Source: Lama glama
Taxonomy: Eukaryota
Assembly: GCA_028534125.1 (NCBI GenBank)
Contig: CM052816.1
Coordinates: 92,444,001-92,508,000, forward strand
Length of the DNA: 64,000 bases
Direction of reading: 5' to 3'
Below the pieces are notes generated by a model. It was not told the origin of the DNA, did not search any database, and saw nothing but the letters and a program-made list of their open reading frames with translations. A program made the translations under genes and the position numbers. Positions 1-14,749 of the stretch are shown here, piece after piece (within the stretch, counting starts at the first letter, position 1; each line of letters opens with the position of its first letter).

Positions 1-1628
1 CCCTCCTCCCTCCCAAGGAGGGTCTCCATTATTCACTCACCACTCAAGAAATTGATCTGGAAACTGGCAGCTCCACCGAAGAAAGAGTCAAATCATTTCT
101 TTCCATCTTTCAAGTATGGGATGAACAAATAGAATTACTTCATTTGCTTCCTCCGCCGCCGCCCTCTGGAGAATTAATTCCAGCTCTGGAAACGCTGATC
201 CCTTAGGAAGGCTGGTGGCCGCTCCTTAGGGCCTCCTGTTTACACGTTGCCCTTGAATGCTTGGTCAGCATGTTTCCCGGCTGGGGGCTCCTGCCAGTTT
301 CCATGTCCTCGGAGGCAGCGCATGTTGGCTTGGAAGGAGAAGCACATAAATCACAAGCAGAACACCTTCTCTGGCCTCCGCTGGTGCCTGGATTTTGCTT
401 TTTGAATCATGAATGTCATCTGGGGTGGCTTCTGGAACATAGCAGCTTTTTTGCTTAAATACTTCACTTTAAGTTGCCCGGGAAAAAGCATGTGGCTCCC
501 ATCACCTGTGTGCAAGTGTGCCCCTTCCCCTTGAAAAATCAAGGCGAGTGATACATTAGAGCCACTTCAAGATGGACCGCGGTGGCACAGAGATGTGACA
601 TGGGGGGCGGGGTCGGAACAGACACAGATCCATCGTCTGTGTCTGATCTGCTGGCATCTCTGCATGTTTCCTTGACTGCCGACAGCCCTGCGTGATGGGC
701 AGTTCTGCTGGCGGGACAGAGGAGGGCCTGAGAGGGCTCGTGCTTCACACAGCTGGGAAGTGATGCAGGGAGGTTTGGCTCCGGCTCCACCTGATTCCAG
801 GGGTGTCCAGCTCCACCGCGTGCTCCTCACAGCAGTGTGGGCACCCAGCTGGGGGCTTACCTCCCTCGTGTTCCTGGCGTCGCTGTGATGTTCTTTAAAA
901 AGGACGAAGCCTGTATTCCTGCTTTACTAGCTAGTCAGGGAGTTGGACTTGGCCGAAATGTAGGATTAGACGCTTTGCTTTCATTTTCCTTCCTTTTCAT
1001 TCGCATAAGAAACTGTTTCACCCAAGAGTCTGTTTGGCTTCCTGTGAGAAGTATCGATTGAGTTTTCTTAAGTTCAACATCAAAATTGAGCTCTCCTGGC
1101 TGAACAGATTGGAAGTGAGGCAGTTGAGGCAAAGGAGTACCATAAAGCCATCGACAGATAGACGCAGACCATCAGCCTTCCTGAAGGTCAATGTGGAGGC
1201 GGAGAGGTGGACCCCGAGGGCAGAATATTCAGAAAGCAGGGGTGGGGCTCAGAATCCCATTTTGAGACTCAAGAATAGGCTCGACTGGAGGGTTCAGTTT
1301 GGCTCGATGGAAGAGTCTGGTGGACCTGGGTTGACATGTTGGCTTCTCAAGCAGTGATCAGGACCCATTTCTTGTTGGATTCATGTAAAACAGGACACAT
1401 CCTCCTGGTCTCAGGTGCGCTCCCTGGGCTGAGGACCCATTTCCCCAGACGCAGGGGAGTGCCTGCCCCTTCCTCCTGCTCCAGGGCTGGCCTGCAGCTG
1501 GCTATGCTGACCCCCAGGGTGGAGTGACCTGTCAGTGCGGGGCCACACCTGACATGGGTTTGCTCTGCTCTGCCAAGTGTCCAGCAGCACCAGCGGCTGG
1601 AGGTGCTCTCTGCGGATGCCCGTGCTAA

Positions 1629-1856
<228 letters not shown>

Positions 1857-4774
1857 TGACAGGTTAATGTGGCGTTGGGGCTGGCAGAGATAATTGTGGA
1901 CTATTTCCCTAGGAAATAACAGGGGAATTCACACTTGCCTTGATGCTGCTCCCATGATGCCTCTCCAAACTGACCCTCATTTTAGGTTATGCCTGCTGAG
2001 AAATTATTTGTTTGCTAAAGGGAAATTACACTCTCAAAACGTTTCAATGTATTGGACTTCATTTCAGTGGATTTTTTTTAGTGACACCAACACTTTATTG
2101 ACTTCACAGCAGACGTGAAGGTACAGAGAGGAAGCTGTGTGCTCGAGTTCATAAGCATGCCCATCTCTTTCGGGGCACTGGGGTACATGCACGCCCGAGT
2201 GGTCCATGTGGCAGCCGGGGGTCCAGGCTGGCTGGGGGTGCAGTGGACTCACTCAGGCTGAAAGCCCCTACTGACAGCCGCCTGCAGCTGCTGCCTCAGC
2301 CCAGGGGGACGCGTAGCCCTTCGGACTTGTAGCCTGAGGCCGGGTCAGGACTGACCTGCAGATCATTCAAGAAACGCCTACTCCATTAAAGCTTAATTAT
2401 TTGAACCTGGAGACATTTATCCGAAAACAAATGGGCTAGCAAAACAGACCGCTCCCCCAAAGGTAGAGCCTGATGTTTTAAAATGAAAAAATAGGAAGAA
2501 AGCAAACAGCCCGCCACTTACACTCTTAATAGTAGCTGTTTGGCCTTGAATTTCTATAGAAGTAGCTCAGAGCCACTACCGATAGCATTTTCTCTTATCC
2601 CAACAAGAGCCCTGGGAGGGGAGGCGAGGAAGCCTTTTGCCAGGGGTCCCCAGCAGATGACCTGCCTCTATCCAATCACCCATGAATAGCAGCTCACCCC
2701 CAGGTGCTTCAGGGATTGCCCCCCGCCTGCAGCCTGATGTGAAGGAGGGTGGGGTGTTGCCCAGAACTCTCTGCCGGGTGTGGAGCTTCCCCAGTTGCCC
2801 ATGGGCTGGACCCACCACTGACTGTGAACCTTCACAACATTACGAGCAGAGCATCTCCTAAGAAGCTCCTTTGATTCCTCCTTCCCAGGCCTTTGAGAAT
2901 GGGCTTCACAGGGCACGAGCCACTTGCAGGAGAGAGAGCTGATGGTTCGTGTTTGAGTGGGTTTAATCCAATCTACTGATAGAAAGCAGTGTTCTTATGT
3001 CAAGGAACATGTGTGTAGAAGTAAATCCTTGAAAACCAAGGCGGATATAAGTCTTCTTGCTAAACATTTAGCTCTTGGAGGATAAGATGATTAATAAAAG
3101 TCAATAGCAGTTACTCAGGTGTTAGAACCCTCCTGGCTGTGAATGTCTCACCTGAAATTATTTTTGGCTACCTGGAAATAAAAAAATTTAACAATACAGC
3201 ACTCCAGTTTCAAAGCATCCAAGAAAAACAACGCTTTATTCATGATCTCAGAGGTTAGGTGCTGTGAACTTCCTTTACCGAGAATACCTCTAGCCAGAGA
3301 TACTGGAGTTACCCAGAAGCCTTGTGAAACCTCCTCCCCCACTGTTGGCATTCATTCCGCTGGGCTACTCCAAGCCATTTCCATGAGTGCTGTCTATTCA
3401 CCCCCGTCTTAGACACCTCTGTGTGGACTTCCAGAATTTGCTGCATTGGCAAGTGAAGTCCTTGGCCTCTTTGTGGGTTCCAGAATGAGAGATTCAAAAT
3501 TTCTCGCATAACTTCTGACGCTTCCAGCTAAAGAGTGAGCAGGGAAGGTTCTCCACTAGCACCAGTCCTCTCCCGTCTTCAGTTATCACCTGCTAAAGAG
3601 CAGACTGGGCAAACACAGCAGAGCACAGACGCGAATCCCATGAGACACGCTAGCAGAAATGTTTGCTGTTTTGAAAATAAAAGTGCACCCGGCGGAGCTG
3701 GCGCACGTGGCTGTCACTGCAGCACTTGGAGTTTCCTAGCTCTTTCCATGTAGCCTCCCTCTCCCCATCCCACCAGGGCACCACGCACACAGATCCCTGG
3801 GAGGAGGGGGACAGAGGGACGTCTTCCCCACTGTGATTTGCACTTTGCTAGGAGAGCTGGCTAATATTCGGAAAAGCAGGTGTGCTTTAAAGGTGGGAGT
3901 TAAGAAAATGTAAGCCCCTCCAGAGGTGTGGGCTGGTAGCATCTGCAACGGGAGGGGACTCAAGAGATCGCCTCGGCCTCCAGGGGAAGGAAACAGCAGA
4001 AGCTTCTGCAGAGGGAACCTGTACCCCCTGTGCTCGTGAGCCCCTCGCTAGGCTGGACTTGGGGGCCAGGTGCTCAGGGCTGGGTGCGGTGAGCCAGCTC
4101 TGGGACTGACTGGATCCACGACGAGGCAGGCGATGTGTTCTCTCTGCTGCGGTTCACAGTCGAGGGCCAGCCGCTCGTTTTGATTAGGCGATGGGCACGC
4201 AGAGCCCTGATGCTGGGGTGGCCCTGGTGAGCCTTGGGGATGTGTCAGGGGACCTCTGGGCGATCTGCAATTTTTGCTTAAATGTCAACTTAACAAAGGC
4301 TTTTTGAGCATCTTCTCTACTCCAGAAAGACTGTGCTAAGTTGCAGGAGCTAAAGAGATGGGTGAGGCGCCCAGTCCTTTATCTCAGAGCGCAAACACAC
4401 ACCTCATGGGGGCCTCACACCTGTCCCCGAATACGGGCCAGATGCACCCCTGCCTGCGAAGGGCTCCGGGGCAGGGGGCACTGCAGGAAGGACCGGGCCG
4501 TGCACTAGCCCGGGGGCACCGGTTGCCAAGGAGAGGGGCTGATTCAGGAGACACTGCCGGGTAGGTGTTCAGTCCAGAATTCCCTCTGGTTTAAATGTTC
4601 ACATCCAGAAACCAGAGAGAAGCCTGCCTGAGAGAGACTCGAAGTGACAGCCGTCTTCCCAGCTGTCACGCGACCTCTATGCTTCAGACAAGTGAAGCAA
4701 AACAGAAACGAGATGCTCTTTAAGAGGCATGTGTGGGCAGCCCGGCTAACCCGGAGCCTTTTCCTTCCCCCTAG

Positions 4775-4957
<183 letters not shown>

Positions 4958-6822
4958 TAGGTCATTTAACAACCTCTTCAACATATTTTCATCCCAAAAT
5001 GTGAATGATTGTTATTCAAGGAGGTCCTTGCATCTGAGAATAGAGGGTCAACTTCCGGCATTTCTAAGGACGGCTTACATGCCGAAGATGGCAGGCTCTG
5101 CCTTTTGTTTTAATGATACTCTGTCTTAAACATCCAGCGGCAACTGTATCGCCATCTCAGTCCCTTTTCCAAATTTAACTGGTGTCATTTGTTTCCCTGT
5201 GAAAGCTCATTTCCTCATCCATTTACGCTGATGTGCCCTACCTAGTTACCCACCAGTCAGCACCTCCTAGACCCCTGTGCCATCTTCGAGAACACAGGTG
5301 TGACAAGTGTGGATAATACCTCATTGCTGGCAGGGCCTGTCGGTGACTCTGCACAGCCTTAGATAAACAGCAAACATCCTTTATCAACTGCCCTGGGTAA
5401 TTCAAATATAGAAGCCAATGTTCAAAAAACGTGGAAGAAATTCCTACATGCTCTATAAGCCAAAGCACATGATAATATAACTTAAGGTTGTTTATAACAT
5501 TTATCAACAGTAACAAAAATTAGTATCTTTATTAACAACCCGACATTGCAGACTGTGCCCTTTGGGTTCTAAAGATGGAGCTGAGAAGAGGATAAAAAGA
5601 AATAGCGGTCTTTTTCAATTCAGTTCCTTGTTTGCTGTGGTGGCTACACGTGCCCTAAGCCCTGTGGAAATCCTCCATTTATTGGACACCCAGAAGTCTG
5701 GTACGAGAATGCCGGGGTGTGTGCGGTTCCCTTCATAAACGGCTGAGGATGAGGACACAGGGCAACAAGGAGGGCTGTGTGATGCTGACGACAGGAACAC
5801 AGGGACCGCCATCCTTCTGATCATTTTCACAAGAACCACTTAGCTAGACGAGCCCCAATGTTGGTCCCTAAGATCAAGCCCTACACACATTTTAAACCTG
5901 TGATTTGGTCCATTGATCCAGCACCTGAATAGATTGTCTCAAGGGCAACACAGACAAACAGCCCATCGTCTGACTCCTCTGACACCGAGTAGTGACCTTG
6001 CGTCCTCAGCCACCCCGTCCATCACCCCAACCCAGCCCTTTCTGCTGGTCCACCCTTCATGAAACTGGGAGGGGAGGGGGTATCAGAAGCATCTGCCAGG
6101 CCGCCTCGCCGCGGAGGAATCTGATAGCGTGCCTGCCTGACTCAGGACAGGTTACCCCAGGCAACCCTGCTCTCCTGGTTGCATTATTTCTCCCTCTGGT
6201 GTGCAAGTTTTTCCATCGTTCCCTAAAATATTAGCAAAACACTGCACAACCATGAAACTGTTTGCAAGAACATTTTAGGAAAAACAGAGAAGGTTTCTAT
6301 TCCAGGAACAGATCTCAGCTTTTGGATGCTTGTGAAGTGACTGGAAGTCGAAAGTTGAGTTGGTTGGGGTGCCAGGTTCTGTAACTTGGATGTCATCCCG
6401 CATAGACAGCTAGAAGATTTTGGTTGGTCCGGCCTCCTCTGTCTCCTCCATTTCAACATCCTCCCACAGCTGAGTCCGATGGAGAACTTTACCAGGTTGG
6501 CTTTAAGGATATCTCTTCCCTCCTTCAGTTCACAGGCAATAATCTGCACTTCTAAAGTGAGAGCAAGAAGTTTATTTTGAAATGATAACTATGTAAGATC
6601 TAGGAAAGTGCTTTGATTTCCCATGTAAGGGTCTTATTTATTAAATTATTCCAACCCTACCTTCTGTAACTAGAAGTATCTCAGGGTAGCTTTGTCACCA
6701 TAGAAATAGAGACTCAGAATCCTTTGTTGGAAAAGATCTTGAAGATGAACTGATCAAACCCATAATTTTTTAGTAAAGGAAACGACTCTGAGAGGATAAG
6801 TGACTTGCCCCAGTACCTGGGA

Positions 6823-7140
6823 CAGCTGTACCTCACTTTACTGAACTTTGCAAATAATGCTTTTTTTTTTTTAATATACCAATGGAAGGTTTGTGGCAAC
6901 CCTAAGTTGTCAAATGATAGTTGGTATTTTTTAAGCAATGAAGTGTTTTTAAATGAAGGGCTGTATATTGATTCTTTAGACATAATGCTATTATTGCACA
7001 CTTAATTAACTATAGGATAGTGTAAACGTAAGTTTTATATGCACTGGGAAACCAAAAATACATATGACTCACTTGATGGAGATAATCGCTCTACTGAGGT
7101 GGTCTGGAATGGAACCTGCAGCCCCGCTGCGGTCTGTCTG
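6823..7140 (+). mobile_element. Internally deleted Tigger1-family DNA transposon (Tigger1a-like MITE) inserted into a MIR
   Basis: Tigger1 5' segment (gaaggtttgtggcaaccct) is joined to the 3' segment (ttagacataatgcta...ttttatatgcactgggaaaccaaaaa...gtggtctggaa). MIR core halves flank it (gagaggataagtgacttgccc before, tagtggcacc...ctccagggccc after). Confidence 0.8.
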
Positions 7141-7915
7141 TAGTGGCACCGGCTAGAAGCCAGCCCTCCAGCCTCATTCTCCAGGGCCCTTTCCTCCGTA
7201 CTGTGCTGTTTCCGTTGGCAGGAGCAGATATTATGTCCTGAGGCTCCGGACTAGGGCACCTGCTGTCATGCTTGAAGCGGTGGTTTCTTCAACACTAAAA
7301 ACAGTAGTATGTGAGTCTGCAGCTTATGGTGTGTCTCCCTCACGTTATCCTTTTAATGATTCAGTCAGCTGGTCCAACATCTTGGCTAGAGGAATTGCCA
7401 TTAAAAGACACATAGAAAAAAAATGGAAGGGCGTTAGGTTGCTGCTGTAATGTGTACATACCTTTTTCTAGCACTGATCATACTCCTTCTTCACATCTGT
7501 TACTCCTCATGGGCTCTCAGCTTCCCAAGGCAGGGTCATTGGCTTCGTCACCTTTTATCTCCAGGGCCCAGCATCCTGCCTGGCACAGAACATGCACAAT
7601 AAACAGAACACAAACACATGAATCAATTAATATATTATTAACTGTGAGACAAGGATCAGAAAGGTGCCGAGGGCACCCGCCCCTCGTGAGCAACTGTCTC
7701 CTGATTTATACTCAGGTTTTCCTATTTTTAAAGCTGTTCAGAGGCCCGTTAGTCCCCAGTCTATTTTCGTGTTGTTTTTTTTTAATTTTGCAACTTCTTA
7801 GCTTCAGGAAATGAACGTGGCAGAGCCCTCAAGGTCGGCACCCTTCGCGTTTAGTCCAGTGGGTGATATTCCATTCAAAGCCCGAGCAGTCTGATGGTCC
7901 CCCAGCTTTCTGTGC

Positions 7916-8415
7916 NNNNNNNNNNNNNNNNNNNNNNNNNNNNNNNNNNNNNNNNNNNNNNNNNNNNNNNNNNNNNNNNNNNNNNNNNNNNNNNNNNNNN
8001 NNNNNNNNNNNNNNNNNNNNNNNNNNNNNNNNNNNNNNNNNNNNNNNNNNNNNNNNNNNNNNNNNNNNNNNNNNNNNNNNNNNNNNNNNNNNNNNNNNNN
8101 NNNNNNNNNNNNNNNNNNNNNNNNNNNNNNNNNNNNNNNNNNNNNNNNNNNNNNNNNNNNNNNNNNNNNNNNNNNNNNNNNNNNNNNNNNNNNNNNNNNN
8201 NNNNNNNNNNNNNNNNNNNNNNNNNNNNNNNNNNNNNNNNNNNNNNNNNNNNNNNNNNNNNNNNNNNNNNNNNNNNNNNNNNNNNNNNNNNNNNNNNNNN
8301 NNNNNNNNNNNNNNNNNNNNNNNNNNNNNNNNNNNNNNNNNNNNNNNNNNNNNNNNNNNNNNNNNNNNNNNNNNNNNNNNNNNNNNNNNNNNNNNNNNNN
8401 NNNNNNNNNNNNNNN
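7916..8415. other. Assembly gap (500 N) in ANKH intron 8
   Basis: Run of exactly 500 N; the round number suggests a placeholder size. Confidence 0.99.
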
Positions 8416-9740
8416 CCATGGTCTCCCATTCTTACGTGGCTGATTAAAAAGCCCAGAGATAGTTAGTATGTCCTAAAAGGCTGCTTCTCTAGTAGACAAC
8501 CGTGGTAGTCACCGTGCAGGGCGGTGGCAGTGAGCTTGTGATAAGGAAGCAGGAACAGTGTCCCTCCCTCTTGGGGAAAGGAACGATACCTGAAACTTAC
8601 AGAAGCCAGCTTCTCGTAAACCACTTGGGACTCGTGATTCCCTCCCAGCTTCCAGATTTGGGGATAAAATAAAAACCACTAGCTAGGGTAGGATGTGCCT
8701 TTTCAACAGTCCTTTTGGTGCAGAGAAGCATCTCCAAATGGTAAGAACCTCCATATTCCTGGATGTTAGACCATTTTGGTGAAGCCAACAGATTCGCTTG
8801 CTAAACTTAACCAAACTTGCCAACTTACTCCAAATGTGTTTTTTTTTCTTTTAATTTTTTTCTAATGTTCATAGCAAATCATATTAAATGGGGAAGTTTT
8901 AGCAGCTTTAGATGATTTCAGTTGACCAGCTTCCATTTTGACTTTACAATGGCACTTTTTCAAACATTTGGTGTTTTCTTAAGCTCCCTGCTGCTCTAGT
9001 TTGGGGGGAGCCATTGCCAAGAGAGGGGGCCCCTCTACTGCAAGAGAGGCGGAAAAGAATTCTTACAAAGCACAGGCTTGGCTGCTGCCAAGGCGTCCCC
9101 CAGCCCCCTTTTTACAAAATGGAAATGGGCATCCATCCAAATGGATGTTGGCAGGCAGAGCAGGCCAGGAACTTTTGTGCAGTGAGCAGCCTACACAGCT
9201 GTACCCAGCAGCCCCTGGAGGCTGAGCCCAGAGAGGCAGGAGGGGAAGAGCAAGGAGCAGGGAAAGGGGAGAGACAGGTCAGAGAGATGGATGGACAGTG
9301 CAGGGCAGAAGGAAAAGGGGAGAGACCACCTGCCAGAAAAAAAAGGGGGGTGGTGGGGAGGGTCAGAGGAGATGGAGCAGAGTGACGGGCGGGTGCAACA
9401 GCCATCCAGGGACGGTGGAAGGCCCCAGAGGCTTCTAGGGCCTGCCCAGCTTCCCCGGGGCCCCGCCAATCCTTCCAGTACAAATTGTGTCAACTTTTGA
9501 AGAGTTTAAAAGAGACAGGTTTTTAAGAACTCAGAAAGTGTGACAAACTGTCGACTGGCTGGATGGACTGTCCCACGGACTGGGCTATTTCAGGAAGGCA
9601 GGCTGCTCCAGAGGGGCTTCCCGACCCCAGGTTCCGGTCATGCTGGGGTCGTGGGGCTGGGCCAGCGCTTCCAGGCTGCGATCCACTGGCCACCTCGTTG
9701 CATCCCTGGCCTCCCTCAGCTTCAGCGAATGGAGGCTGCC

Positions 9741-9767
9741 TGGTGGTGGTGGTGGTGGTGGTGGTGG
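9741..9767 (+). repeat. (TGG)9 microsatellite
   Basis: Read directly from the sequence. Confidence 0.95.
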
Positions 9768-10006
9768 CCCGTGTGTGGCAGCGGGGACGCGGGGAGGAAG
9801 GCTTGCTGTCACCTAAGGCAGAGAGAGGAGGGCACCAAGGGTATCTGAGGCCAGTGGCTGTTACTGCGTAAGGATCTGGTTCTTTTTTAAAAAGAGTTAA
9901 AATAGATTTTTACTCTGGATCTGCCTGAGCCTTGCTTTGTAACGTCAGTGGGTGGTAAAAAGGGAAAGCGTGACTCTGTACTCAACCCTGAATCTTCTGT
10001 TCCAAT

Positions 10007-10377
10007 TGTCATGGGGTGAATTGTGTCCCCCGGATTCCTGTATTGAGGTCTTAACCCCCAGTGACTCAGAATGTATCCCTGTGTGGAAAGAGGGTTCAGA
10101 TGGGGTCCTGGTCAGTGAGTAAGGTGGACCCCTCATCCAGTCTGACTGGCGTTCTGGGAGGAAGGGGTGTGGACAGGACACACACGGGGAGAGCACTGTG
10201 CGGAGGTTGGACGGCTGCTGCCAGAAGCCAGGAGGCCGGGGGCAGACCCTGCCCGACGCCTTCAGAGGGAGCGTGGCCCTGCACACACCTTGACTTTGGC
10301 CTCCGGGACTGTGAGACCTTGTTCCCAGCTGCCCGGTTCGTGCTGCTTTGTCCGGCAGCCCCCAGTGGACTCACCAC
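10007..10377 (+). mobile_element. MLT1 (MaLR) solo LTR, MLT1B/C-like
   Basis: Starts tgtcatggggtgaattgtgtccccc; internal ccttcagagggagcgtggccctgc...caccttga and ggcctccgggactgtgaga are typical of MLT1. Confidence 0.75.
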
Positions 10378-12367
10378 TGATGTTTCTAAAAGCAGGGAAG
10401 CTGCGTGTCATTTAGGGCCACGTGGATTGACTGACCAGGCCTAACTCATCAACTGATGTATTTTCTCTTGAAATTCTCCACTTTCTGCTTCCATAAGACA
10501 TCTCTATTCTTGTATTTCCAGCTTCTCCAGGTGAGAATCTGAGTATAGGATTTGCTTAGAAATACTGTTCCCGCAGGTCAGCACTATTCCCAAATTTATG
10601 TGCTTAATTACGTCCTGGCTGATTTTTTTGGGGGGGGAGCAGGGTTTGTGGGGATCATAGCCTCCATCAGAAGGACCAGTGTTCGATTTAGGTTGCTTTG
10701 CTTTTGGTTTTATTCTGTTTTCCATTAATTGAACAATCCCGTGCGTCTCAACCAGGCCCTTGCAGGACCCACCATCCCGAACACCGAAACAAGTTCCCAA
10801 TTTCAAGAGACAAGTTAAGTTGCTAGTATTGTATCCAGTTGTGTTTATCACCCCAAATTGTCTCAAAACCTTGATCCCTTCCACTGCTTCCCACCTGAGC
10901 ATTTTAAATGATGTCTGATTTGGCACAAAATTGTAGATGTTACTTAGTTTCAGTTTAACCTATCAATACACACCTGTGTTCTACAAAGAGCAGGTGCAGG
11001 GCAGCAACCTGAAAGGGTTTGGGAACCAGGGGGAAGGCACCATGCTCTTCCCCGACGCTGCTCAAGTCCCGCCGCGTGCTGCCTGCCGGACCCCAGTCTC
11101 ACATCCAGGATGTGGTTCCCAGGCTCCACCCCAAGGCTTTTCTGGTGTAAAAGCAAATTTATCAGAGGGATTGTTCCACATTATGGCAAACTAACCTGGT
11201 GGGGGTGAACGCATAGACTTCCAGGAATTACATTGTATGACTCTCTGTGGCTTTAAAAATCATTTTTATTCTAAGACAGATGCAGTCTGGGGAGCATTTT
11301 CCTTCTTATCCGGTCAGTGGGTGGGTCTCAGTGCGTAGGACCCAGACGTCATCCTGATCAGATGCGTGGTCCAGACTCTCCCGACAATAATCACGACGCG
11401 ACACGAGGACAGAACAAGGCTGTGGTGTTCACGGCTGCTCAGTTTCCTAATTTCAGCACCTGCTCTTAACCCTGGGTGTTTTTATCTCTGAATATGAACA
11501 CCTACCTGGTGGCCTGAAACTTTGATGCCCTTTGCTACGACGTGTAGGGAGTCAGCAAAGCCCGTGGAAAACATCTCAAAACTTTTATTTTTTTTTTTTG
11601 TAAATTATCTCAAGAAATACCAAATAGATGTATTGAAATGAGTACGGGAGGACATAATAGCTGTGAAGCCAGAGACCATTGGATCCAGAAACGGGAGGAA
11701 ACAGTCAAGTATCAGTCTGGTCACATAGAGATATTTGCAAAAAAAGTAAAATAACATAAATTGAACACTGATACTTCTATTGGATGCTATGAAGCCAACA
11801 ACCCACCATCCTCACCTCCCCCCCAAAACCCATCAGCAAAGACATAATTAAGCACATAAATCTGGGGACAGTGCTGACCTGCAGAAATAGTATTTCTAGG
11901 CAAACCCTACACTCAGATTCCCACCTGGAGAAGCTGGAAATACAAGAATAGAAATGTCTAATGGAAACAGTAAGTGAAGAATTTAACACCTGCTCTCTCT
12001 CTCTCCCAGCGCTTAGGGGTCTCCTGCACCTGCAGGCAGACTAAGAAAGTGAACAGGAAGGCAAGGTCGCTTTTAGCTAAACTGACACATGGCCTTTGCT
12101 GCAAGTGTTCTTAGTTTTATCGTGAAGGGTTTTATTGCATCTCCAGCTCTGGGTGGGAGCGCCCACTGGTTCAGGCACAGTGAAGGAAACACGATTACAC
12201 TGTGCCATGAGATTATTCCGGGGGTCTTTTTGTACCTTCTGAGCCCCTGCCACGCAGCAGGCTCCAGGGCAACCCCAGTGAAACAAACACACAAAACCCC
12301 TTTTCTTCAGGAGTCTGTGATCTCATGGGGAAGACAGGCCACCGACGAACACGATGGTTTTGGACAG

Positions 12368-12750
12368 CGTGTTGGTTTCCTGTGGCTCCCGTAACAAAGC
12401 ACCACAAACCTGATGGCTTGAAACAACAGAAATGTGTTCTCTCCTAGTTCCAGAGGCCAGAAGTCGAAACCAGTTCACTGGACTGAAATCAAGGTGTTGG
12501 CGGGGCTTTAGGAAAGAGTCTGTTCCTTGCCTTGTCCAGCTCCTGGTGGCTGCGGGCCTTCCTTGGCCGAATCACCCCAGTCTGTCTTCACAGGGCCTCC
12601 TCCTCTGCATGCCTCTCTCTTCTCTTATCAGGACCCCTGTGATGGTATTTAGGGTCTACCGAGACATTCCCAGATCATCTTAGCCCACCGTCCTTCATTT
12701 AATCTCCTCTGTTACTATATAAAGTAATAAATCCTTGTTCTGGGCACCAG
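12368..12750 (-). mobile_element. MLT1 (MaLR) solo LTR, antisense
   Basis: gtaacaaagcaccacaaac...ggcttgaaacaacagaaat...ttccagaggccagaagtc...aaatcaaggtgttggc is the reverse MLT1 3' end. Confidence 0.75.
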
Positions 12751-13149
12751 GGTGAGCATGGCCCCTCAGCTGGCCATTGTGGCATCTTCTACAGGTAGTC
12801 AGAGCTCCTTGGGAGGAAGATAAAGTAAAAGGAAAGAGAGTGAGGGAGATGCTGTTTTGGACTGAGGGGCACACTGACAGTTGGCAGGATGACCTGCAGG
12901 CCAGCGCCCCCAATCCCCACAAAGCCGTGGCAGGGTGGACACCGCACCCCCTACCGCCCGCATCTGAGTGGCACCGCGGTGGGGGCTCAGCTGCCCTGCT
13001 TTATCCATGCTTTATGCTCAGGGACTCTGTCTCAGTTTCTCCCTCTCTCCCGTGTCAGCCTCTCCCAAATCACTCCTTCCTATCTATGTTTAAATATACT
13101 CAAGGCTCCCAACTTTAAAAAGAAATAGAAGGAAAACAGAAAAATCATG

Positions 13150-14525
13150 TCTTTATCCAGCAGGTCCCCTCCATTTCTCGCCTTGGCACCCAGCCTCCTT
13201 GAGAGGATTACAGGTAATCACGCCCATCCTTCCCACGGCTGTTTGCCACCATCTATGCTCCCGACCCATGCTATCTGCTGTCCCCCTCCAGCCCACCTGC
13301 CCCCTCCCTCAGGGCCGAGGGGCCTCACTCCCTAGGTGGTTCCTTGGATCTGCATTCCGTCTGGTTCCCTGTTGTCTCCTTAGAGAGCTGGCCGAGGTCC
13401 CCGCGGGCTCCGGCCCCAGCTCCCGTGGGCGGGTGCCATCTGGTTCTCACCTCCCATCGCCTGCATCCTTTGCTTATTTCCCGTGGCTTCTGCAACACTG
13501 CTTTTCCGTCTTCCTTTCTGAGTATTCCTTCACAGGCTCTTGGTGGAACATCCTTCTTCCTCGCTCCAAGTGAGCATCAGAACTCTGTCCGAACCCCCTG
13601 CCCGTCTCCCTCCTCGGCCCTCTCTCTGCAGGTCGTGGCTTCAGTTGCCGTGTTAACTCCTTCCCGAGTCAGTATCTTCGACTCTGCTCTCTCTCCTGAG
13701 CTTCAGGCCCTGACATCTAACTGCCTCCCTCACAGAGATGCGCTTTGATTTCCCGCAGGCACAGACAGCTCAGCCCATCCCAAAGGGGCTCATGGCCTGC
13801 ACTCCAAGCTCTTTCTGCTCTCCCCCCTATTTTGATGACTAGCGTGGACTTCTGCTGGTGATGCCAGAGGCTGGCCTCATCCTCAGCTCGGCCCTCTTCC
13901 TCAGCCTGGTGTCCCCCCACCAGGCACAGAGCCCTGTCTTAGCCTCATCCTAAATGCCCCTCGGACCCCCCTCTTCTCCATTCCCCGCCGTCATATCCCT
14001 CTTTGTGCTCCTACAGCTCCCCTTCGACTTGCTCCATGGCCCCCAGTGGGGCTCCACACACTTCTCCTCCAAACCAGTCCCCAAAGGCCCTCCACTGACT
14101 CTCCGGTGCCATTGTAAACCCAGACCCTAAACGGCAGTACGAGGACCATCTCAACCCTCCTCCTGCTCTCCATTCCATCCACACAGAGCACCCGGAGCGG
14201 AGGGACCATCTGTGTGTTCTCTCGCCCAGGCCTCTGCCCCCAGTGTCCCTTCTGCCTGAAACCCTCTCCTGCCCCCTCGTCCGGCATACGTGACTCCAGC
14301 TTGCTTTCAGACACCAACTTGGACGTCATCAGTTTGCTTCCCACCCACTGCGGGCCCTGCGGGTCCCATCATGCCTTGAGTCCCCCATCATGACATTTAG
14401 CGCTCTGTAGTGACAGGGGCTCTGAGAGGGCTGGCATCGCCTCTGCCGTGTTCCCCATTGCACGCCCAGCATCCGCACAGTGTCTGGCTCTGTTCAGGTG
14501 CCCAGTAATTACTTTTTGAATGAAT
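13150..14525 (+). mobile_element. Degenerate L2 LINE, 3' portion
   Basis: C-rich L2 body (cctgagcttcaggccctgacatctaactgcct) ending in an L2 tail (acagtgtctggc...caggtgcccagtaattactttttgaatgaat). Boundaries approximate. Confidence 0.6.
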
Positions 14526-14749
14526 ACAGGTATAAAGCATGTTATTATAATAACAAACTAATAACTAGTGTTTCAGGAATCAGTAGGTCACTGTAGAATG
14601 AAAACTACAGAAATCATTAAGACGCGACTACCTAGGACCCGGGGAAGAGGCTGTTGAGATGGACTGTAACGTCCCTTAGACAAATGATGGGGCAGGCGGT
14701 CGCCCCCATCCATGCTTCTGCTGCAGAGTCCGTCTAACCCTGCTTCCAC

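Noticed and set aside
7829..8466. Long ORFs of X residues
   Set aside because: Artefact of the 500-N gap.
9540..9871. ORFs with poly-Trp, poly-Val or poly-Pro runs
   Set aside because: Translations of the (TGG)9 microsatellite.
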